From the human T2T-CHM13v2.0 reference genome, Homo sapiens: DNA of 64,000 nucleotides. The position numbers and the translations under genes are program-made. Positions 60,343-64,000 of this stretch are shown one piece after another. The notes beneath the pieces are model-generated. The model saw only the letters and a list, made by a program, of their open reading frames with translations. It did no database searches and was not told where the DNA came from. Each line of letters begins with the position of its first letter. The first letter of the stretch is position 1. The stretch lies in assembly GCF_009914755.1 (NCBI RefSeq), contig NC_060941.1. One strand, given 5' to 3'.

Positions 60343-62369
60343 TTAGGTGTGAGGCGCTTGCTGCCGCAGTTCCTCCTGTGTCCACAGTGTGGCAGCATAG
60401 CCTGAGTGATGGTGCTTCAGAGTAGAGGGCAAGGGCCAGCAGCTGTCCCTTGGTTTGGATGGGGAACTGAGGTCCCCAGAGACCCCCGAACCTGCCAGAG
60501 GTTACTCAGAGCCAATAACTTAGGTTCCCCACTGCTTCTGCCCTTCTCAGCCAGGGATCTCAGGGCTAGTAGGGTTTTCCTCCCACTTCCTTACTAATCC
60601 TAGTAGGTGTGGAGGGGCACTGGGACCTGTGGGTCAAGCAGATGCCATCAGGTCCACCCCCAGGCCACACATAACAGCAGTCCCAGCCTGGGCCCCACGC
60701 TACCTCTCTTGGCCCCAGCTCCTTGGAGAGTTCTAGACATCTTTGCAAGTGCCAGTACTCTGCCTCAGGCAGCTCTCTTCCATGCTACCTTCTCTGGCCC
60801 CCTCCCAGGCTTTTCAGGGGTGCCTTTGGGCTCCCCCACCCAGACCGGGGCCTCCTTTGGCACTGCCTAGAGTGTACTCTGTGGTCCCAGTGTTTCCACT
60901 CCAGGCTGGGAAACAGGGCCCTAACTCCCACCTTCTCCTGCACTCTCATTGAGTGAGGCCATTAACTTACTGTCTCATTTAATTCTCGCTGCAACCTCTG
61001 AGACGTCATGAGGGGACTAGGTTTACATCCTGATTCTGCAATATACTAGCTGTGTGACTTTGGGCAAGTTAACCTCTCTGGCCTCAGTTTCTTCCTTTGT
61101 AAAATGGGCATAAGATTAAAGGAATAACTAGTGCCTGGCACAGACTAAGTGCTCAGTGTTAATAAATGGTAGCAATTAATATTAGCCCGCATTTCGCAGA
61201 TGAGAAAACAGGCCCAGAGAGGGAAAGTGGCAGAGGCAGGATTAGCACTTGGGGCACCAGAGAGAAGTGAAACACAAAGCCCCACCTTCCAACAGGTCTG
61301 TGGTAATGTCCACATACCCAGCCCCTTGGGCCTCAATCCTGACAGTCCTTGCAGGGAGCAGGTGTGCCCAGATCCCCGTTCCTGTAGCCCAGCATGAGCC
61401 AAGAAAAGCATACTCAGGATCCAGGCTCAGCGAGTGTCAGGGCTGAGAGTCCTGCCTCCAGAGAAGGAGCACTCGGTTAGAGGTCCAGGGACTCATATAT
61501 TATTCACCTGTCACCTTGGGCAGGTCACTTCTCTGAACCTCAGCTTCCTCCCTTGTATAAAACAAGGACAGAGTAGGTCAGCCCCAACACTCCCCCTACC
61601 TGTCTGGCCTTTCTTTCATGGAGGCACACAACACTATTCACTCTCTGTAGATTGAGGAGGCCCTAAATCCATTGCTCCCTTCTGTCTGGACCTAAAGGAC
61701 ACAAGACCTTATTAAGCTTCAGCTTCATTTGCATACCACATGGGATGAGGTATTCACTCCTCCCTGGCTTGGGCTGGTCTGCTGACCCTGTCTTGGAGTC
61801 TCAGTAAGCCCACCCTTTCTCCCACTCCCTCATCTCTCTCCTTCCATCCTGGGCCCTGCCTAGCTCTGTCCCAACCTAGACCACTCCAGGAATTTTCCAG
61901 CCTGCCAGATCTGGCCCCCCAGGAGCCACTAGGAAGAAGTTGAGTCCGTGGTTTGTGCAGCTCGAGAGGGTCATGGCCTCAGCTGGGATCTGGTCCAGCT
62001 TCTGAAAGCCAGGGCCTGCCTTCTTCAGTCAGACTCTTGGTTTTCCTCCCACTTCCTTACTGACCCTAATCTACCTCCCTTGGAGCTTCCCCACTTGTCG
62101 CTCCCTGAGATCACCCTTTCTCTTTCCCTCTGCAGAGGAGTGACCAAGTCACTTCTCTACACGTATCTTCCATTTACTGTCTATAAAACAGGGTTGTTCT
62201 GGTATCTATGAGGATTCAGGGAGATATGCACAGATATAGCCTTTACTGGGGCACCTACGTCCGAAGACACCTTCAATGCATGCCATCCTGTTCACCTACC
62301 TGCCTACTTACATCCCATCAACCACCAAACCGCCACTTCTGTGGACTTAACTCCTGAACAGTATGGATT

Positions 62370-63727
<1,358 letters not shown>

Positions 63728-64000
63728 TCAAATCTTGTTTTGAGTCATCTCATTTAGTCCTTACTGCATTTTACAGATGAGGAAATTGAGGCCCAGGGTG
63801 GACTCATGGTTTAGCTGAGGTCACCCAATGAGCAAGGGGATGTCTTGGGATTTGAAGGCGGACTCCAGAGCTGGGTGAGAGCCCTATGGGAGCCTAGGAG
63901 GAGGTGAGAGGAGGGGGACACCCCACCAAGGAAATGCCGAGAAGGCAGCCCCCCCCTAGCCTGAGATTGACCTGAGCCTGGGAGGCTGAAGGAAGAACCA

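Overview
Human (or very close great-ape) genomic DNA, recognisable as 17p11.2 (Smith-Magenis/Potocki-Lupski interval, DFNB3 locus). Two + strand genes are present. Bases 1-22.6 kb hold the last 17 coding exons of MYO15A (exons 50-66 by my recalled 66-exon numbering). They splice in frame with GT-AG boundaries into SH3-MyTH4-FERM and end in the PDZ ligand -EITLL*. Bases ~25.7-52.8 kb hold the complete ALKBH5 gene: a CpG-island promoter, 4 coding exons (770+81+156+178 nt = 394 aa) and a long 3'UTR. The rest is introns and intergenic DNA dense in Alu, MIR, L2, L1, MaLR LTR and hAT repeats; most short ORFs in the track are repeat-derived or shadow ORFs. There are no prokaryote-type systems. Best leads: (1) an RFX X-box cluster in MYO15A intron 57 followed by an ATG and splice donor exactly in frame with exon 58, a candidate motor-less FERM isoform; (2) an upstream acceptor for the last MYO15A exon that would replace the PDZ ligand; (3) four uORFs plus a TAG-interrupted in-frame extension in the ALKBH5 leader; (4) all-phase-2 ALKBH5 introns with inverted Alus around exons 2-3. 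These are sequence-based hypotheses and some may already be annotated. Repeat subfamily names and repeat boundaries are approximate, by eye.
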